A stretch of 57,765 nucleotides of DNA, filler included, from Catajapyx aquilonaris (lineage: Eukaryota), in NCBI GenBank assembly GCA_000934665.2. It is 2 parts of 2 records of this genome, joined end to end, with 100 filler letters (N's around TTAATTAATTAA, not from the genome) between each part and the next. Parts side by side here need not be neighbours in the genome. Positions count along the whole stretch, not along the records: positions 1 to 28,807 come from JYFJ02004874.1; 1 more part is not named here. The stretch is one strand, 5' to 3'. Both the position numbers and the translations under genes were made by a program. The notes beneath the pieces are model-generated. The model was not told the DNA's origin. It saw nothing but the letters and a program-made list of their open reading frames with translations, and did not search any database. Shown here piece by piece: positions 12,601-27,352 of this stretch. Every line of letters begins with the position of its first letter. Position 1 is the stretch's first letter.

Positions 12601-14849
12601 GTGTCCATTTTTCAAAGCTATTCGTATGTGTGGAATGCAGGGCTATTTAAATGTGACGGGTATCTAAGTCTCCTGATCTAATGGTCAGGCCAGGAGGAAA
12701 ACCATGCTCAAACAGCATAATGCAAGTCAGAGTAGTAGGATATAAAAAAACTTTTACAAGGGTCGATTTTATTGTGTCGACATCGGAATGTGAGTGCCCC
12801 CTTTCAACATGGCGGCACCTGGGGTGAATAAGCCAACCTTTAGACCCGCTACTTTTTTTAAAATGTATATTACACATTGACAATCAATTGTCTTACGCAA
12901 AACAGCTGGTCAATGTACAGAACAAAAGATGTCTCGCTTTACTGACCAAAAAATTTGCATCAAAATGGCTAGAAATTTGCACGCTCCTGGACACTACCTT
13001 CAAATACAGGGGGTCAAATTTTTGTTTAAATTTTTTCTCAAAAAAAGAGAGTTGATGGCTGAAAAGAAGCGTGGAAAGAAACGGAGGCTTGGCTTTGGCT
13101 GGTGTGAAAAGGTACTTCATTTAGAGCCAAAGAGTGGCGTCCAGGCAAGCACGTGACACACACAAGAGGAAAAGGGTGAGACCCCCGAAAGCGGCACCAA
13201 GCAGCAGCTGCCATTATGAATGCAAGTCAGGAAGGAGGTGGATGGAGGATGGAAGGTTTTTTTTCCAAGGGGGAGGTAGGGAGGGAGGTCGAAGGGTCAG
13301 TGACTGGGACGTGACCGCCATGCCGAGATTGCATCTGCCTGCCCCTCAGAGTCCATCTTTTGTCCCATTTGGCTTCGGCCCCTAGCCAAGCCAACCAGTG
13401 CTGGACAGCTGCGCAATGCGAACACACTCACACACTCACTTATGCATCTGCTCCACATTATCCATGTCCGTACACAATGGCTGCCACTTAGTGCCGGACA
13501 CCGCCATTTTTTTTCTCTTAGTTTTCTGTCACCCACCGGAGGGCAGTGTCCATCTGGCTTGACTTGCACGTGTCCGATGCGCAGGTTGCATTGTTGCAAG
13601 TACCCTACTAACTTTATGTGACATGTTGTCTAGCAGGATGTGCAGTACGTGCACTAGCGGCTCGACACAAATCGCTTTGGATAAGCCGCAAATCAATCTA
13701 CCTACCTAACCGGTTATATTAAAAATTTTATAGAATCGATTTTTTAAAAAAAATTGTGTCATTATACCTCAAAATATTAACCGCTCTTTGGAAACATCGC
13801 GCAACTTTAAACGCTTAGTCCCCTCGAAAAAAAAAAGGTCTGCGTGAGAAATTGATCGCTGCCAAGCTTATAAACTTTGTAATTATCTGCACGCTTCAGC
13901 TGTTAATTCATGAGGATGAAACCGGCTATTCCGCGCGGGAAATTAATTGATGAAGCTGCTTCAGACATGGCGCATGTTCCCTTAGGGGAAAGAGAGAATT
14001 TTCTTTAGGAGGTCTTTTTCCTGCTCCTTAGCATCAACTTGCATGTCCTTGATCGAGGTGTCGCGCTGACTTATATTGCAGCGTTTAAGACGACAGGTCT
14101 CCGGATTGAGAAACGGTGGGGTCCTTCACATGGGGGTCTTGACATTTATGTCTGGGCAGATAAATGCAAGAGACCTCCAATTAAACTTTGGAGGCTTCCG
14201 GAATGCCACACACACCTGGGAGACTATTGTGATTCATAGGTGGCGCCATTGCATTGGATGGAAAAATGAAGTGGTGTAGCCAGATTAACCGGGGCCAATT
14301 AGCAGGGTAAACAAGACGTGCTGTCAGGAACTGGAGGTTTTCATGGCTCAAATAAGTGCGGGCTACGATTTCTCGTGCCTACAAACAAGGCTATAAGGTG
14401 CTGACTTGACATTTTTGTGACAGTTCTGGCTGGGAAAGGGAAGGGTTGTCGGGCTCTAAATGTGTGGATATGTGACTATTTATTTATATATTTATTTATT
14501 CAGAGTTGGATATTGTGGTTGATTATTTGCACGACTATAGCCTGGTGAATACCATCTAGTCCTAAAAATTCATAATGAGCCATAAAGCCATGATTTTTGT
14601 CCTCACCAGCATATAAACAAGTTCATGGTCGTATCATTGCCTTAAATTATCTCAAGACTGGTTTTTGGACTTGAATGTACATCCACGAATCGAAAGTTTC
14701 AAGTTTGAATTTTGTGTCACGTGGGGCTGGAGGGCGTGAGGGACGTTCGGGCCTCGGACCCTAGGTGGGGTTAGGGAAGCTCCTGCTACAATAGCATGGG
14801 AACCCCCTTGTTTTCAAACATTTTTTCTATCAGTGTGTAATTGCCCACT

Positions 14850-14851
<2 letters not shown>

Positions 14852-14932
<81 letters not shown>
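14852..14932. repeat. (TA)n microsatellite
   Basis: Direct inspection. Confidence 0.98.
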
Positions 14933-14934
<2 letters not shown>

Positions 14935-16555
14935 AAAACAAGAGGTGTAATATATTGTTCTCCTTGGCATCAACTTGCATGTTATGTTGCAAAAAAAATT
15001 AATTTAATTTAGACTTCTTTCGTATGGAATTCTCTGTGGATATGCTGAAACCTGATTGATTGGTATTCAGGACCGGACTTTGCACTGAAACAAAGTGGGG
15101 AATGGGGTATGCAGATTGGGGGGGATCAAAAATAAATATAAGTGCGAGAGGAAAAAGAGAGAAGTGATGACGAACGACTCTAGTTAGGGGTGTTACCAGC
15201 AGGAGGAGCGCTGCTTTGCATTTCATGCGCTTGGACTGCTTATTGATTCTCTTTGGGCTGCTCGTCACATCCGAACTCTTTGCCAGCCTAGAATTCGAAT
15301 AAATCCTGCAAACTTACGTCCCTGAAAAACCAATTTTCCCCAGTCTAGACCCCGTACCCCCGTGGGATTGGATATTTTACCACTCCCAATATTTATAGCG
15401 TCGTAATGAAATTATTGCTTCTACAATGTACAATCCTCTTCCCCTTTTTTTCTCTTTCGAAAGGCTGGGTCAGGAAGAAGACGAAGATGCTGGGGATTTC
15501 CAACTGCAATAGTCGTTTCAGACCCTCCAGAATAAGGTATTATCACTAGTGGCCATCGTCAGTTAAGGTGCTCCTCCCTGGGCGTAGACGTTCTTTCAGG
15601 ACCAGCTAACTCTGTAGCAAAAAGCTTCAAACACACCCATACGCACAAATCTTTTCACGCTTTGAACACGCCCCGTGCCTATTTCAATCAGGATAGATCA
15701 TCTGGTCATTGGTGTTTCGAAAAAAAAGGGGTCCAGAGTTCGCATAATAATATTGTCAGAGTAAGGCCAAGTACTATTAATCAACCTTTTGTCCTGGTGA
15801 AAATAAAAAGCTCACTGAACGCACCTTACACAACCTGAAATACTAAACAGAACCCCTCTCGATTATTTATTCAAACAAGGACCCTAGTTTTTTATATTTA
15901 AAAAATGAAGTCGACTCTCATTTTTTTTCTCTTTTCTCACTGGAGGGATCGCCAGGGCATTTGACACCATTAAAGGTCATTTTTGGCCTCCTTATCTCCC
16001 TGGGTCTGACATCCAGATTTTTCATCTCCATCCTTTTTATTCCCAGTTGGCCTTTTCCCGTTCAGCTGTCGCCTTGCCATCAGTCATCATCATCGTGCCC
16101 TTGCCCCTCTTACCAGATGATTTAGGGCTCGCGTTTTTTCAAAATTCACCCTACCTCATCAATGCATTTTGAAAATGCCATGCATGGGAAAATATGGTGG
16201 CCAAACTACTCCGAATCAAATCAGTCACAATGTACTTGCTCAAATTTGCAAAAAATATATATATATTTGCGTACTTATCCACAGTATATGTAAGAATGCA
16301 AGTTCCTTGAACTCTGGAACAAAGAGAAAGAAAGTATCAGCAAATTGGCAAATAATCGAACGGTAAAGTGCCGCTGGGACGCAAACAGGAAACTAGGCGC
16401 AGAGAGTGGGTTTCACCAATCGATCTACGCCTTTTTTTGCATAAAAAAACTCCGCCTTCGGTTATGTTCGCACACTGTTTCACTGAAATCTGCACCCTAT
16501 ACAACCAACAGGTACACAACCTTTATTTTAGCAAGTCTGCAAAAATAACACTCTC

Positions 16556-16637
<82 letters not shown>
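16556..16637. repeat. (AAT)n microsatellite
   Basis: Direct inspection; it produces the poly-I and poly-L spurious ORFs. Confidence 0.98.
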
Positions 16638-19600
16638 GCAGCTTTCCGAGATAAGAGTGGCTGGTATCTACTTCACAGGGGGTTTGCTCTTCAAATCTTT
16701 GTGAAAAGCAAATTGCCAAGTACACTGTGCAAATACTATACATTTACCAAGTCAATCTCTTTAATCATAATTTCACCCCTACCTCATTTCTTCTACATCA
16801 GAGAGGCAATTGAATAAAAAAAATTATCATAATATTGTAATATCATTGATTTCTTTAGATAAAGGGTGAGAAATGGAAATATAGACGGTGGGGGGAAGAG
16901 AGGGGTGGAGGCGGTGGAGAAAAGGTTCGTTGTCAACAACTCCAGAGGAGGTCAAAACCAATGAGTGAATCAATTTTTCACGTCTGCAACCATGTTCCAC
17001 TGTTGAATGATCACTTCTTTATTACCGGCAGTGTTTTGCCGACTTTCAAAGATTTTTTTTTTTCTTTTTGCCGGCAGAAGGGTGGAGGGGGTGGGTGGTG
17101 GAAAAGGGAAGAAGAATAACCGAGTTCAACCTACTTTTAATTTCCAATTTCGTTTGCTCGAAACTTTTTTCCCCCTTTCCAACTCTGAAAAGTATTTAGG
17201 AACAGAATCTTGGCAAATAAAAAAATGGCACGACGATGAGATGTAGTCCTATGAGCTCTTTATTTTCGAAAAAAAAAACACCCATCACACTCTCCACATA
17301 TTGTCTGCTGATTCAGTATGTGTCACAATCAACAACATTTTGTCCTGGAAGTTGAACTGAAAGAAAGAAAAAAAAACAGCTCGTTAATATAATCACGTCG
17401 TTAAGGGTGTCATTCACACTAATCATACAGGAAAAACCATGCATCCGTGTATTCCACGTAATGAATCCGATTCACTTCCTTTGTCCTTCGTCCCCACCAA
17501 AATGGCTAATCCAGCATGCCAAAAAGCAAAGCGTCATTCCCCCTACATATAAATGCACAACTAGCATGCGAAGTACTAGCGTCTGAAGTAATTTCGCCAC
17601 AATTTTTACCACCAAATGCGTGTTATTGACCCTCCGAAATTTTTTCTTTTTTAAACACCCAGTTGAAGCATTGCATTTTTGTGTGGCACCCTGTCCGGTG
17701 CTTAACTTTTAGTGGGTCCCTGGGAGCTTGCGTGATAAGTCCTCGTTTGACAGGGTCTGCCAGTGGCAATAAGATAGTGCATGCCGCGCGTGTATGAGGA
17801 CATAACATATGGGTGAGAGGGGGTGGTTGGGGGTGAGTTGGAGGAGAGGGGGGTAGTGGAAATAAGCCTATCTAAAAGCTACGGCTGGCCCTTGAGCACG
17901 GAAGCCTCATAGCAGATCACGATAAATTGGGGGGCGGAAATGTGACGTGGTGAGCTGACCATGTGAGGTGCATTTTTGTCCAACTTAAAGCTAGATCGCT
18001 TTTTTATTGTCTAGGATATGTTGACTGGCAACAATGAAAAATGATGGTGTTGAGACCAAAGAGTATTTGGTTGAGACCTGGGTTGGTAATGGTTGGTTGT
18101 TGTGGGTGAGAACTAAGCATGGTCGGACTGGGTGGAGGGAGAGGTCAAAGGTTAACATTCCTGTTGTCACCTTAGCGGTGGCTGCAGGAAACAATGGCGG
18201 CGCGGCGGTCAGAATGGCCGATAAATCACGCTTGGCCACCTCCGAGACGCAAGATGGAACAGCTTTCCTTCACAACTCAACCGCTCATTTCTCCGTGTCA
18301 CCTTAAGGTCATCATGGCACAGTTGCCAGGTGAATGAACCTCGTTCCTTATGCCTCTTTCATTATCAGCGTGACCAGTAGGCGTAAATGGCTCGGACCAT
18401 TGTTTCTCCCCCCTATCCAAATGAGAATATGTCCACAGATTTCACATCCGGAGGAACTGGTCCGGAGCAATAAATAAATACAACTTACATGCCAGCTACA
18501 ATGCAATTGTCGATTTTTTTTACGACCTAGCTTACCTTACGACCGAGTTTTTTTTAAGAGTATAAAAGCCTATTACACCCTTGAAGGAGCAAGAAGCTAA
18601 TTCAAGTCGCCCTAAGGACTATCCTATTTCTGAAATGAATTGATCGGATGATACCGTAGATGCTCCTGTATCCCCCCCAAACTTCCTCAGATAATCATCA
18701 AAAGTTTGGATGCCAGCATTACACACTTTCAGATGATGTAATATAGCAATATAAAAAAATGCGAGCGAGCCGCATGCGAATCACGATACTGGTGTGTGTG
18801 TGACTAATTTCAGTCTTGTACCCATTATCCGATCCTAATTAGTTTGGGAGTGGCCTACGATTTTTACTCCCCGAGTGTATACCCATAGATATTGTGCTTT
18901 CCACCCACCCATCCACCCCTCTACTGTAGCCAGTGCACGAAGAGTGTTGGACAGGCCACAGTTATATAGGTTGAAGAAGATGGAACGATTCTTCCATGCA
19001 CGTGCCTTCGACCAAGCCTGTTCCTGGAAGCTGCTCCTCGTTTCTTAGAAGCAGCCCGCATTATAGTAGGTGGAAGGCTGTGGACACGCAAGGTGCTACT
19101 GAAAACGCTTATCGTGGTTCCAAAATACACTGGCCCCCTTTCGCCCCCTCTCTTCCCTTCTCCCTGTATATAGATCAGTGGGGGTGGAGGAGGGTGGAGG
19201 AGGGAAAAAAAAATCAGTAGCTTCTAAGCTTGCCAGAAGTGTGCTAGTCTACTAACTGAGCTATCAATCTGACGTGAGACGCATGTTCGAACGTGTGAAG
19301 GGTTCATTGAGCGACATGTGGTGATGAGACATTTCTTTAAGCGCGATTTCAGCACAACAAAGTGAGCCAAAGTCCACTTCTAGGTACAAGGTCTCACATC
19401 TGGCATTTTTTTTTTGCAGTTACTCACTAACTCTGGCCTGTATGTACTACATCATATTTTAATTCGCACATAAAACCGTCCCATTTGATAACTTGTTCCT
19501 TGCATGTGATTGCCACGACCGACACATAAAAGTCCTGAAATTTATTCCCCATAAAGCAAAGTCAGCCTCATTGGTGCATCGAGGCAAAAACTGCCAAATT

Positions 19601-22179
19601 TACTGCAAGGAATCCCATAAGCTAAGAGCTGCTCGTCACGAAGGTGCGTCGGCCCCCGTAACATTTCAGGGGTGACAATCTTGAACAACGCCCTCTACCC
19701 CATTCCACCCTTTCCTCTTCTCCAAAAAAGTGACCCTTGGTTCCCACAACCTGGGTTCTGAGTGTTAACAAAGCCGCTGCGGAAGAATTTAGACTGCCAG
19801 GGGAGATGGGAAGAAGAAGAGAAGGGGAAGGCCTGATAATGGAGAGGAAGGGAGGAAAAAGTCGCAAAGGGACACTGGCAGACTCCCTGAGGAAATCAGT
19901 CCATGTCTTTTGTTTCACTCTCCTTTTTTTCCCCTCAGTCTACCTCCACATCAAAGGTCAATTTGGGTGGAATGGCCGTCATTTCCCTTAATCCTCCAAG
20001 TCCCCCTAGAAGAAAATTCTTGGGGAAGACGAAGATGGAGGAGCGTGATCAACAGTAACGGAAGGGGAAATGACAACATTTCCCTGCCAGGTAAGATTTA
20101 TGCTGCAAGTCCCCCGCATTAAGATTCACCGATATCACCCGACACTAACATTGTTTTATAGCTTATTACTCGATACGATCAAAAGGCAGGCAAAACGGTC
20201 CGCTTTTCTCTAACTGACCTTCGTATATCGAAAGCCAGCTAAATCCATACACCCTAGTGCATATTGATTAAAGGCAGGTTGCAGGTATGCACCTGGAAGT
20301 ATTTGGAGGGCCATTAGGACAAATGGTATTTGATACTATAGTGTATAGTTCCTGCTGATAGCCCATTCTGCTGGCATAGGAAAAAAAGTCACATATGCAC
20401 ATTGCGATAAGGTCGTTTGCGTCAGGCAACACGACGAAAAACATGTCCTTATCGCTATGTGACTGTTTTCAGTTATACTCAAACCATTCTTTGTGCCTTT
20501 ATAAGTATCTCTCCGCGTAGGTGGGGAAGGTGCACTGCGTCGAAAGTAGTTCCAAATTTTTTAACTGTAGAACAGCGGTCCAATGTATTTTTAAAACGCA
20601 CTTTGTTTTCTTTTGCACAAAGGTTCGTAGAATGATCGGATGCAAGTAACAAAATCACGCACTCTTTGCATTCGGTTTGCACAGAACTGGTTTTGCTAAT
20701 AAGAATGCTAAATGGGCAGATTTCAAGTTTCATTTTTATATTACAGTACTAGAAAGATTACTAATTATATGACGCTAATTGGGACAGGTGTTTCAGTATA
20801 ACATTGACAGCTAGCAGATTGCGCGTAATGTGCTTAATTCCTAGACAGCCTGCCGCATTGTGCCACTTTATGATGCAAAACCGCAATGGCCACACAAAGA
20901 CCGGATTCTCAACACTAAATTACTACCATTGGCATTACGCCAACTCAGTCGTGATCTTGTAAGCACAACTCATTTTGCTGTACGACATATTGATATCAGC
21001 ATAATGATTCATTAATATCGATTGCAATAAGTTGGACACGTTTTCACTACCGGTACTTGCAAAGTGACTCCTGTACACAACCCACTTCATTAGTAGAATT
21101 GGGTGGTCTGTAAGTCAATCTGAAACACTGAATGATCAGAGTCACATTTGACTTGATTGCTCCAGATTTGTAGACGTCCTAGCTGTACCAACCACATATT
21201 GTACCGTAACCCTCCACGCGACCACCACAAAAACTCCAGGGAGGGATTCGCCTCTTTGATTGGAGTCTATCCTATGGAATAGCATCATTCCAGAGGACAA
21301 AAAGCGAAAGCGAAGGCTCCAAGAAGTGCATAGAAAGGGTCCTGCTTCCTTCCTTCCTTCCTCTTTGTATTGGTAGGCGGGTGGGGCCGCAGCCTCGTGG
21401 GACTGGGAGGACCCCCGCCTCTAGGAGACAAAGGACTCCCCCAAGCCTCCAAACCAGACTCCCCGAGAGGAATCCTTATCCCCAACCAAACCCACCCCTT
21501 ATCCACATGTTCATTGCGCCATGGATCGGGTTTCACCTTCGTTTTACTCAGACTACAGACCCCCATTATGTCTGGATTGGATCACAATTCGGATGCGCGT
21601 CGCCTGACCTACACAACAACCCCCATGATGTACAGCACGCGAATACCTCGGCGAATACACGAATCGATTGTAGACCCCCCCCCCCCAAATATTGTACCCA
21701 AATCTGTAAATGTAATCTGTAACGCAAGTTAGTGGCTCAATCGCGATTAAATGTCAGTTGGACCTGACGCATGTTGCGTGCGTTTCAGTCAATTGTCAAC
21801 TTGGTCATTTGGTAACGTACTGCACCACTTGGCACAAGAGAGTTCTGCGTATTCCATTACGATGATTTCTAAAGTATTAAATAACACATTTGATGCGGTT
21901 GTATGGCCCTACAGGCGCTATCTTTTAGCACGCAACGTGGGTTATGCAGTCAGTCAACTCTGGCACAATGAGGCCGTTAATGGATATTGTTCCCGCTTCA
22001 GTTTTCAAATAGCTGCTTTGTTATTAAGAAGTTCCTTGTTTATACAGTCAGTGGCTGCAAACAACAAGTTATTGCTAAGCAGGAATAATATTTTATCAAT
22101 TGTTCAAAATAACATCTCATACAGTCATGAGAGTCCGGAAGATTTAACATTTAGAATATCGCATTTGGACACATTCAAA

Positions 22180-22321
22180 GATTTGACGAGCGAAGCGGAG
22201 CGAAGTCTTCGCCGAGGCAGAAATTAACAGTTGATTTATGCCTCAAACAATATTGGTTACTTGGGTTACTCCGCCTCGGCGAAGACTTCGCTCGTCAAAT
22301 CGCTCACATGTAAAGGCATCT
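22180..22321. mobile_element. MITE family A, truncated copy
   Basis: GATTTGACGAGCGAAG...CTTCGCTCGTCAAATCGCTCACATGTAAAGGCATCT, homologous to 5675-5927. Confidence 0.8.
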
Positions 22322-22359
22322 TCAGGTTTAGCAAGCACTTTCTGACTCTGTAGACTGTA

Positions 22360-22544
22360 GAGGTTGTTCCAGCAAATTCGTGAGTATTTTTTTATAACTG
22401 ATATCGCCCGATAGTAGTTATTTTTGTGTAGCTTGTTGTGTACCAGGTGCTCCATGCTCTAGCAACTGCTATATTCGACAAGAAATAACTACTATCAGAC
22501 AATATCAGTTATAAAAAAACGACCCACGAATTTGGAACACCCTG
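22360..22544. mobile_element. Short CAGGGTGTTCC-family Tc1/mariner MITE
   Basis: Inverted arms homologous to the ends of 5274-6779; ends in CGAATTTGGAACACCCTG. Confidence 0.75.
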
Positions 22545-23614
22545 TTTAAACCCCTCTTTTGTACTTGAATGGCAATATTCCGCAGTGCAGTCCAACTGTT
22601 GATGAAACACTTTCACGTTACCCTTTACAAATGAAACAACTACTTTGCATCCCAAACAGAAGGGAACCTCTTGATCCGGCCCTACAACTCACTTAAATTA
22701 TAGCAATTATGAGCCTCAACAAGTGGCAGCGAAGAAGAAAAAAAAAAACCGGAGACTTCTCTGCCGTGATTCTTGACTCCCCAGGAATCCGGGCTCTGAT
22801 TTATCGCGATTGTAATTGCGTTAGATAATGTGGCGCTGTAGACGGCCTGCCTAGGACCAAAGCCAAATCCGCAAAATACAGCCAGGCATTCCCGCAGCTT
22901 TAATTAAGTCTCGATTATGCCCCCAGCTCAAGTTCAACAGCAGTTGAAAGGCGGTACTAACTAGGATTACATCTGGCTAAAATGAAGCCTAACACTTCAA
23001 AACTGGTTGAAAAAAATGAGGGCTTAACCAAAAAAAAATGGTTCGTTTTTTTTAACTAGTTGACATCTGCTTCAAAAGACGTTGGCTGCGAAAAATGTTT
23101 TCACGCAATGTTTACGAGGTTAATACCCAATTTTAAGGCACAAAGGAAGGCACCGGATATGGCGTCATTGTCTGGGGACTACCTCAATATGAAACACCTG
23201 CAATATTCACATACACCTGCTGCATGCATAAAAACATAACTAGCCACTGCAATTTGTCGCATTTGGTGTTTATACATTTTAAAAAAACTGGCCAGTACGT
23301 ATCAAGTTAACTGCAGTATACAAGCAGCCTATATGTTTTCAATAAATACATTGTCGATCGGCGATACAATGTCATACAAGCAAGTTGTTTTCCTTGGATA
23401 AAAAGTGGTTTGCTGACGGGAGACGCGAGACTCGCATGTTTTCATTGCTTGATTCAAGTTTTTAATTGGATGGTAATCTGCATCTGAGAGCCTAACCCTC
23501 TGCTATGAAAAACTAGTCTGTAACGTGAACTCACGCCACTTCCTGATTTCAGGTGCAATATGCCAGCTCATACGGAATTAAACATAGCAATTTGAGCAGC
23601 AGTTGCTTATTATA

Positions 23615-24355
23615 CAGGGTGTTCCAAGTTCGTGGATTGTTTTTAGTTATTACTGATATTGGTTGGGTAATGCTTTCACCCTATCAGGGTTTATTGCATG
23701 GACCTTTATTTATTTGTTGTGTACATTGGAGCCTTTATACGTATCGCCCGGGCCCACGGGCAGGATGACAGGAGGGGATGTGTAAGTGCAGTGCATCTGA
23801 CGTGTGGCCATTTTTAGTGAGCTCCCCCGGGTGGTTTAGTCTGTAGGAAATACCACCCGAGACGAAGCCAAAGGTGACCGACCTCTGCACGAGATGAAGG
23901 GGGCCCCCAAAAAAGGGACCGCCCAAGAGTAGCGTTATTTATTTATTTTTTAAATATTTTACCCCATTGAGAGATCATCACTCTATTAGGGGGGTGGAAC
24001 ACCACCATATTTTCAATTTTCTTGATTTTCTTCAGCTTCGTGTAAGCGGGATGAAAGGACATGGGGTAGGGATGGGCATTTTTGGGGAGGGGACACTGGT
24101 GCAATGTCATAAACTGGATCCGGTTGCCAGACACCTCCAAGGCCAGAGACCCTCCTGACGCAGCCGGAAGGGAAATCCCGGGCGGGGATCGAACCCGAGA
24201 CCTTTCGATCAGCAAGCCGAGCCGTTACCAACTCAGCCACCGTACCTCCCCAGAGTAGCGTTATAAGCGGGAGCGCTATATTTCTATGTTTTACTGTACT
24301 TCGGGTGATATTAATAGCTTTTTAAAAAAATGACCCACGAACTTGGAACACCCTG
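23615..24355. mobile_element. CAGGGTGTTCC-family Tc1/mariner MITE with nested retroposons
   Basis: TA-CAGGGTGTTCCAAGTTCGTGG ... CCACGAACTTGGAACACCCTG-TA. Confidence 0.85.
23939..24251 (-). mobile_element. tRNA-derived SINE (type 1), full length
   Basis: Pol III A box TGGCTGAGTTGG and B box GGTTCGATCCC, (TAAA)n tail. 13-bp TSD AGAGTAGCGTTAT at 23926-38 and 24252-64. Confidence 0.92.
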
Positions 24356-24978
24356 TATGAATTATTACTATGAAGTATAAACATAGATATCAATTGATAA
24401 TTTGACGATTCTATCACCTCTCATCCAAATTTTCGGCTCCAAAACCCCAAACAAAGCTCATTGAATCCCCACCAATTAGTGTGAACAGTCTTCATAAACG
24501 TCTCCCATCATCCCTGTTTGGCCAGGGAAATTTCTGGCGATGCGAAAAGAAAAGAACCTAAGAGGCACTGGGGAAGTCGGGGAAAGAAGAGGAGGTTGAA
24601 GATTTTTTTTGATGAAAAAAAAAGTGGGGAGAAAAAAAGGGAATTGGGAAGGATTGAGAGGTAGGGTGGGGGAGAAAAAAGGCGGTCCCGCAGGGTGCAT
24701 CCTGAGTGGCGGCGCTTCGGAGGCGCCGATTGATCCGCGATCACCCGGATGGAAGACGCCACAAGCAAAAGGGGAGATAGGAACAACAAGGAACCAAAGA
24801 ATAGTGAAGATGTCCCCCCAAGAAAAAGTTTATCCTGACGAGTAGGCAACCAGACGACATTGCGTGGTGGACTGGTAGTATATCCCACAGGATATGATCC
24901 CCAGGATGTATCTTCTTGATTAACAGGGCGTATGTATCAGATACAATAATTCAGAAGGCTCATTCCACTTTCTTCCCT

Positions 24979-25009
<31 letters not shown>

Positions 25010-27227
25010 GAGCAGTTGTAACTCCTGGGAAATCTAGCGATTGGCTCAAAGGCTTCGGGAAGACCCAGTAGTGCCGAAGATTAAGAGCCGGGAGAAATTG
25101 CACGACGTCATTTCCCATTTGACCCTCCTCGATACCATTGGCTGGAGAGAGGAATCAGGGAAAGGAAGAAATAAAAGGGACATTGCCAACAAATGTATTT
25201 GGCATGCGTTTTGTAATTCCACTCCTCCTACCATTCTTTTTTTTTTCCTCAGCTCCAGAAAAACCTGCGAGTCTAGTTCAGTCTCGAGGGAAATCCTTTT
25301 GTAGCAATCCAAGAATGGTGAATGAGCTTAAATCCAATCGCCAAGCTCCAATTAAGCGGCCGAAGAAGTCACTCGGAGATGAAGTGTCGGCGCAAACGAG
25401 TTCGGGCGCCGCCATTAAGTCCTCTTCGGTCCCGTTAGTGGCAAATCTAATCAGGTCCCGCCAACCTAGCCATTAGCTCCAAGCAAGGGTCTATAACGGC
25501 CAATAGTAATCCCGCCTCAAGTGCGGGGAACATCCATTACCACTACAAATGCCGCCTTTTCCGCCTTATCTGTAGGCTAACATTTTTATTCTCCGAACCC
25601 CCAGTTGCGAGATTGTCAAAAGGGTCAATACAAAGTGTCGCCAAAGTTCCTGTATGCCAAAATTTACAGTGATTCTACCAGCCAATTTATTTGTACTCTA
25701 AAGGCCTGTGTTTTCACCGGCATAATTTTTGTTCTGGACAAAATGGAAGCCAGAACAATTTTTTGTTGCTAGGCAATTAATAATAAGGTATGTTTGATTT
25801 TGTGCCCAATTTTTGCGCTTTTCGTTTTGTACACGAAAATTATGCTGGTGTCGTAAATTATTTCGCAATTTGTGTTCAGCGCCCATGTAACGTCATCAGC
25901 CCGTACAATGATCTTATCCTCGCTGCACATTACACCGCACGATTGATACCACCTCCCACCAATGTGTTGACCTGGTGTTGACACAAACCAATCATTAAAA
26001 AAAATCGTAGGCTATTACACTCCAAATCCGACATGTGTACAAGCCATAAAAATGAGCAATACACCACATGGCACCGATAAACCAACAAGACCTCGAGGTT
26101 AGAATACCGCGGTAAAGTCGAAGAGAGCAACCCCTTCAGAGTTGGGCTTGTCGTTGATTCCATTTGGTGCTCCACCGCAAAGCAATTAATATATTATGGG
26201 CTAATTAAAGCTCTGAGACAGCATGGCGAGAGCGGCGTGCCCATGCATAAGAAAGGGATTAGGCTGTCTGGTATAGGAGGGGGAAAGAAGCAAGGGGAAG
26301 AGAACGCTTATCACGTGGAGCATGTGGAAAAGGAAGGGGAGAAGTTGTGCAGAAGAACAAGGGAATGGAGATGACGGTCCCCGACACTGGTTTGCAGCCT
26401 GCTAAACCACAACATTCACAGGAGCACACCCCCAGAACATTTTCACCAGATGAGAGAGGCCTGCTACTGCCATGGAATTGGCGCTGGTTCAGCTTCCAAC
26501 TTTACGCCAACTCCACATGGACCACTGTTGACAGACTTTCTACTTTGTCTCTACCCAGGTGGACCCACTTCCTAATCCGTAGCCTGCAACTTTTGACTGG
26601 TTACAGACCGTTTCTAACCCTCCCAGCACCCTCAGCAAAATGATCCAAAAGAACTTCACTTGACTCTATGAGCGGAAAGGAGGTCGTTAATAGGCGTGAC
26701 ATTCGGAACATGATAGAAAAAAAAGGAGGGGAGGTGTTGTAGGTTAGCTTGAACACAGGTTGAGACCCGGGTCCCCGTGGTTGTTGGGGGGCACCCTCCT
26801 AAAGCCTATTAGGCCTTGGGTGCAGTGGATGTCGTGTATTCAGACCCTGCCTTGTCGGACGGCTTCCCTTTGCCATTGTTACTCAGTGGCCACAATCCTC
26901 CCACTCATTCATTCACAGCTCTCTTGGCCGACCCGCGGCATGTAAAGGGGGATACATAAGGGTGGGGGGTGCTTTAAAAAAAAAAGACCTTTCGCCTGCT
27001 GCCTCTATATTAAGCAAGGTCGTTGTATCTATTAGCATCATGAAGAAGGTTGTTTTCTCTTCGTGGCTTCGAGGGCTCTTGGACCTCCTGTGAATGTAAT
27101 GTGACACGGGTTATTCCTGATTGTATGATAGTTCAATATGGCAGCTGATATTTTCTGGTGGAAACATATACTTTTAAGCTCTTAGCTTATACAAGTACAT
27201 ACGGGAGGGTATGCAAATAGTGTCTAA

Positions 27228-27352
27228 GGGCCGGTTTCACCGAGCTCAGTATATGATAAAACCAGGGTATTTCTCAAAATCCCTATCTATTTGTATGGAT
27301 TTTCCTAAAGAAACCTGGTTTTATCATATACCAAGCTCGGTGAAACCGGCCC
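27228..27352. mobile_element. 125-bp MITE family B, second copy
   Basis: Same sequence as 5931-6055; flanks TAA / TTA. Confidence 0.92.

Noticed and set aside
16368..16817. 149-aa ORF with poly-Ile (and poly-Leu on the antisense strand)
   Set aside because: Artefact of the (AAT)n microsatellite.
21751..22227. 158-aa ORF
   Set aside because: No recognisable domain, and it ends inside a MITE.
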